Assembly: GCA_963664405.1 (NCBI GenBank)
Contig: OY761158.1
Span: 640,001 to 704,000 of the forward strand
Reading direction: 5' to 3'
Source: Thermoanaerobaculia bacterium
GTDB lineage: Bacteria > Acidobacteriota > Thermoanaerobaculia > Multivoradales > Multivoraceae
Length of the DNA: 64,000 nt
Each line of letters starts with the position of its first letter. Position 1 is the stretch's first letter. Positions 61,050 to 64,000 of this stretch are shown piece by piece. Below the pieces are notes generated by a model. That model was given only the letters and a program-made list of their open reading frames with translations. It was not told the DNA's origin and searched no databases. Made by a program: the position numbers and the translations under genes.

Positions 61050-61882
61050 ACCAGGAGCCGAGCGTAGCGATCGAGGCGCGGCAGCACCTGGTCGGCCTGC
61101 TCAGGAGGAAGCCACAGAATCGCTCGATCGACGCCCGCCGCGGCGAACCCGTCGAGAGCCTCTCGCTGGGCTGGAGCGGCGAAGAGAGAGACCGAGATCG
61201 TACTGCGATCGCGGCCGGCCTCCGCTGCCAGCTCGTCGAGCTTTCGCAGCCCGGAGAGCACCAGCTCCGCGTTGCGGCCGCGGGGAAACCAACCGTCGCA
61301 GAAATCGACAACTCGGCGCAGCGTGTGAATCGACTCGCCGCCCAGGAGGATCGGCGGGTGGGGGTCCTGGACCGGCTTGGGCCACGACCAGACCGGGTCG
61401 AAGTCGACGAACTCGCCGTGGAACTCCGCCGCGTCCTGAGTCCAGACCTCTTTGAAGGCCCGTGCCTGCTCCTCCAGCTTGCGAAAGCGGCCCTCGAATG
61501 CAGTGCCGTGGTTTTCCATCTCCTCGCGGAGCCAGCCCGCGCCGAGGCCCAACTCGAAACGACCCCCGGAGAGGAGATCGAGGCTCGCGACTGCTTTGGC
61601 CGTGGTCAGGGTGTCGCGCTCGATGATCAGGCAAATACCGGTCCCGAGCCGCAGAGTCTTGGTCACCGCCGCGGCGGCCGCCAGCGACACAAAGGGGTCC
61701 AGAGTGTGGGAGTACTCCCGTGGTAGCTCTCCCCCGCCAGGGAAGGGCGTCTTGCGACTTGCGGGGATGTGGGTGTGCTCCGGCACCCAGAGAGATTCGA
61801 ATCCCCGATCCTCGACCTCGACCGCTAACTGGTCGAGGGGGATTGCGTCGTCGGTCGCGAACATAAAGACGCCTAGCTTCAT
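61046..61882 (-). CDS. LLM-class putative F420-dependent oxidoreductase (Rv2161c-like)
   Basis: GFESLWVPEHTHIP, DPFVSL, EEMENHG, PKPVQDPHPP. Confidence 0.9.
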   Translation of the reverse strand: MKLGVFMFATDDAIPLDQLAVEVEDRGFESLWVPEHTHIPASRKTPFPGGGELPREYSHTLDPFVSLAAAAAVTKTLRLGTGICLIIERDTLTTAKAVASLDLLSGGRFELGLGAGWLREEMENHGTAFEGRFRKLEEQARAFKEVWTQDAAEFHGEFVDFDPVWSWPKPVQDPHPPILLGGESIHTLRRVVDFCDGWFPRGRNAELVLSGLRKLDELAAEAGRDRSTISVSLFAAPAQREALDGFAAAGVDRAILWLPPEQADQVLPRLDRYARLLV

Positions 61883-62712
61883 AACAGCTCCGCATATTTG
61901 TCGAGAAGAGGAAGAACGGCGTCGCGATCTTCCGACGGTAGCCCTAGAATCGCGCGGTCCGCGCCGGCCTCGGTATAGGCCTCGATGACCTCCTTTTGCG
62001 GCCGGGTACCGAAGACACTGACGTTGATGGTGTCTCGAGACCGCCCCGCCTCTTCAGCCCGTCGGTCGAGATCGGCCAGCCCCTCGACGATCGCCTTCTG
62101 CGAGAAGCCGATCGGCAGCCAGCCCTCGCAGAAATCCACGACTCGCTGACGCGTGTATTCGGTATAGCCGCCAAGATAGACCGGCGGGTGGGGCTTGGTG
62201 ACCGGCTTGGGCCAGCTCCAGATCGGATCGAAGTCGACGTACTTCCCGTGGTACTCGGGCTCGTCCTCGGTCCAGATCTCTTTCATCGCCATCACCTGCT
62301 CCTCCAAGCGCTTGAAGCGCGTCGAGTAGTCGGTGCCATGGTTCTCCATCTCCTCGCGATTCCAACCTCCGCCGATACCGAAAAGCAGGCGTCCGCCGGA
62401 GAGTGCATCGAGACTCGCGACTTCCTTGGCGGTGGTGATGGTGTCGCGCTCGATGATCAGGCAGATGCCGGTACCCACCTTCAGCTTCTCGGTCGCAGCG
62501 GCCGCCGCCATGAGGGAAACGAAGGGATCGTAGGCATGCCAATACTGCTTGGGCAGATCTCCACCGGCTGGGAAAGGCGTGGCGCGGCTGGTGGGAATGT
62601 GAGTGTGTTCTGGGACCCAGAGAGACTCGAAACCTCGCGCCTCCGCCTCGCGAGCGAGCTCGTCGATACGAATCGCGTAGTCGGTGGCGAAGATACTGAG
62701 ACCGATATCCAT
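61879..62712 (-). CDS. LLM-class putative F420-dependent oxidoreductase (tandem paralog)
   Basis: Same motifs as the neighbour; ATG at 62712 after GGAGG. Confidence 0.9.
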   Translation of the reverse strand: MDIGLSIFATDYAIRIDELAREAEARGFESLWVPEHTHIPTSRATPFPAGGDLPKQYWHAYDPFVSLMAAAAATEKLKVGTGICLIIERDTITTAKEVASLDALSGGRLLFGIGGGWNREEMENHGTDYSTRFKRLEEQVMAMKEIWTEDEPEYHGKYVDFDPIWSWPKPVTKPHPPVYLGGYTEYTRQRVVDFCEGWLPIGFSQKAIVEGLADLDRRAEEAGRSRDTINVSVFGTRPQKEVIEAYTEAGADRAILGLPSEDRDAVLPLLDKYAELL

Positions 62713-62849
62713 ATGCGACCTCCAAGTCGTTGTCGGGAAAGACGTAGCGTACAACGCCGAAGCCGGTGCACCATGGTAGCTTCTGCCTTCTTTTCACCGG
62801 CAGAGATGGACTTTGCTGCAATGCCGATTCGTGTCGAGCCGCGACCCGC

Positions 62850-63593
62850 CTAGACGATCAAGCCGGTTGGCGCCAGATGGCCGGGCGGCGGATAGCACTC
62901 GGGCTCGACCAAGGCCCCCGCCAGCTCGGCAAGAAAGTCGCTTCTAGCTACTCCCTTCGCTCCGAAACGAGCAAGGTGGGGTGTCTCTTGCTGACAGTCG
63001 ATGAGTCGGGCCCCTCGCCGCGCCAGCTCGGTCACCAGAGTGGCGAAAGCGACCTTTGAAGCATCTCGGACCCGGTAGAACATCGACTCACCAAAAAAGA
63101 CTCCTCCAATGGCAATGCCGTAGAGCCCTCCGACCAGTCGATCACCCTCCCAGCTCTCCACCGAGTGCGCCCAGCCAAGGCTGTGTAGTCGGCAATAGGC
63201 ACCCACCATCGCATCGGTGATCCAGGTTCCTCCGTCGCGACCGTCGCGACCGTCCGCCGGCCCCCGCGGCGTGGCGGCGCAGGCACGGACGACCTCTTCG
63301 AAGGCGAGATCGAAGCTCACCGAGAGTCGACCCCCGCGGAGGACCTTGCGAAGGGAGCTCGAGAGCCTGAGATCCTCCGGATAGAGAACGAAGCGGGGAT
63401 CCGGCGAGAACCAGTAAAGCGGATCCTCATCGTCCCCCATTGGCCAAGGGAAAATGCCCGATCGATACGCGAGGAGCACGCGCTCCGGCGCAAGGTCGCC
63501 GCCGACCGCGAGGAGACCGCTCGAGTGCGCCAGCTCGGGGTCTGGAAAGACGGGATCGGCGCCAAGCCAGAAGGGACCGCGAATCGATAGCAC
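62850..63593 (-). CDS. aat: Leucyl/phenylalanyl-tRNA--protein transferase
   Basis: GLLAVGGDL, AYRSGIFPW, WFSPDPR, AHSVE, FFGESMF, LIDCQ. Confidence 0.93.
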   Translation of the reverse strand: MLSIRGPFWLGADPVFPDPELAHSSGLLAVGGDLAPERVLLAYRSGIFPWPMGDDEDPLYWFSPDPRFVLYPEDLRLSSSLRKVLRGGRLSVSFDLAFEEVVRACAATPRGPADGRDGRDGGTWITDAMVGAYCRLHSLGWAHSVESWEGDRLVGGLYGIAIGGVFFGESMFYRVRDASKVAFATLVTELARRGARLIDCQQETPHLARFGAKGVARSDFLAELAGALVEPECYPPPGHLAPTGLIV

Positions 63594-63694
63594 CTCTGCG
63601 TCTCATCCTACAGGGGAGACGCGATCGGCGTCAGCCACCGGTGGACTCCAGTTTCCCGAAGGCCTCGAGCTCGCCTTCGGGCTATAGTCGGACC

Positions 63695-64000
63695 ATGGAT
63701 GATCACCCTCGCAGTGGAGCCGAGCGGGTTCCTCCCGGCCAATATGTGACCGAGAAGTGGCCGGTGCTGACCTACGGCCCGACGCCTTCGGTAGCGCTCG
63801 GCGACTACAGCATCCGACTCTTCGGCGAGGTGGGCGTCGAAACTCGACTCAGCTGGGACGAGCTACAAGCTCTGGCTCGGACGGAAGTAAGAGCAGACTT
63901 CCACTGCGTCACCCGCTTCTCTACCCTCGACAATCGTTGGAGCGGTTTCTCTACTCGCAGCCTACTCGAGCTCGTCAGCATCAAACCGGAGTCGACGCAT
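63695..64000 (+). CDS. Sulfite-oxidase-like molybdopterin oxidoreductase (YuiH-like), truncated by the window end
   Basis: Translated by hand: MDDHPRSGAERVPPGQYVTEKWPVLTYG...ADFHCVTRFS; not in the ORF track. Confidence 0.85.
   Translation, partial: MDDHPRSGAERVPPGQYVTEKWPVLTYGPTPSVALGDYSIRLFGEVGVETRLSWDELQALARTEVRADFHCVTRFSTLDNRWSGFSTRSLLELVSIKPESTH

Overview
A GC-rich (roughly 65% by eye) bacterial chromosomal window of about 58 densely packed genes. It is probably from an Acidobacteriota-like organism, inferred from the acidobacterial-type VWA protein, the TPR lipoprotein and the M16 peptidase pair. Contents: fatty-acid/CoA catabolism (FadB-like fusion, two acyl-CoA ligases, two crotonases, ACAD, MaoC, a double CaiB), four LLM-family and one PPOX-family putative F420/flavin oxidoreductases, envelope glycosylation genes (ArnT-like, GT2, flippase, WbaP-like), a fabG-fabF-acp-LpxL-like acyltransferase cassette, glnS, tcuAB, hslO, glycerate kinase, aat, ctaA and a sulfatase-HAD pair. 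No rRNA, tRNA, CRISPR array, transposase or phage gene was seen. Main signals missed by the ORF track: (1) a DsbA/FrnE-like selenoprotein (in-frame TGA in a UxxC active site plus a SECIS-like hairpin) at 1192-1836; (2) directly after it, a five-copy 61-62 bp tandem array of double hairpins with AGGA loops; (3) four dispersed MITE/REP-like elements with a conserved core but different, still-paired terminal stems, which overlap stop codons and a possible RBS of host genes; (4) several gene relics; (5) signs of leaderless transcripts.
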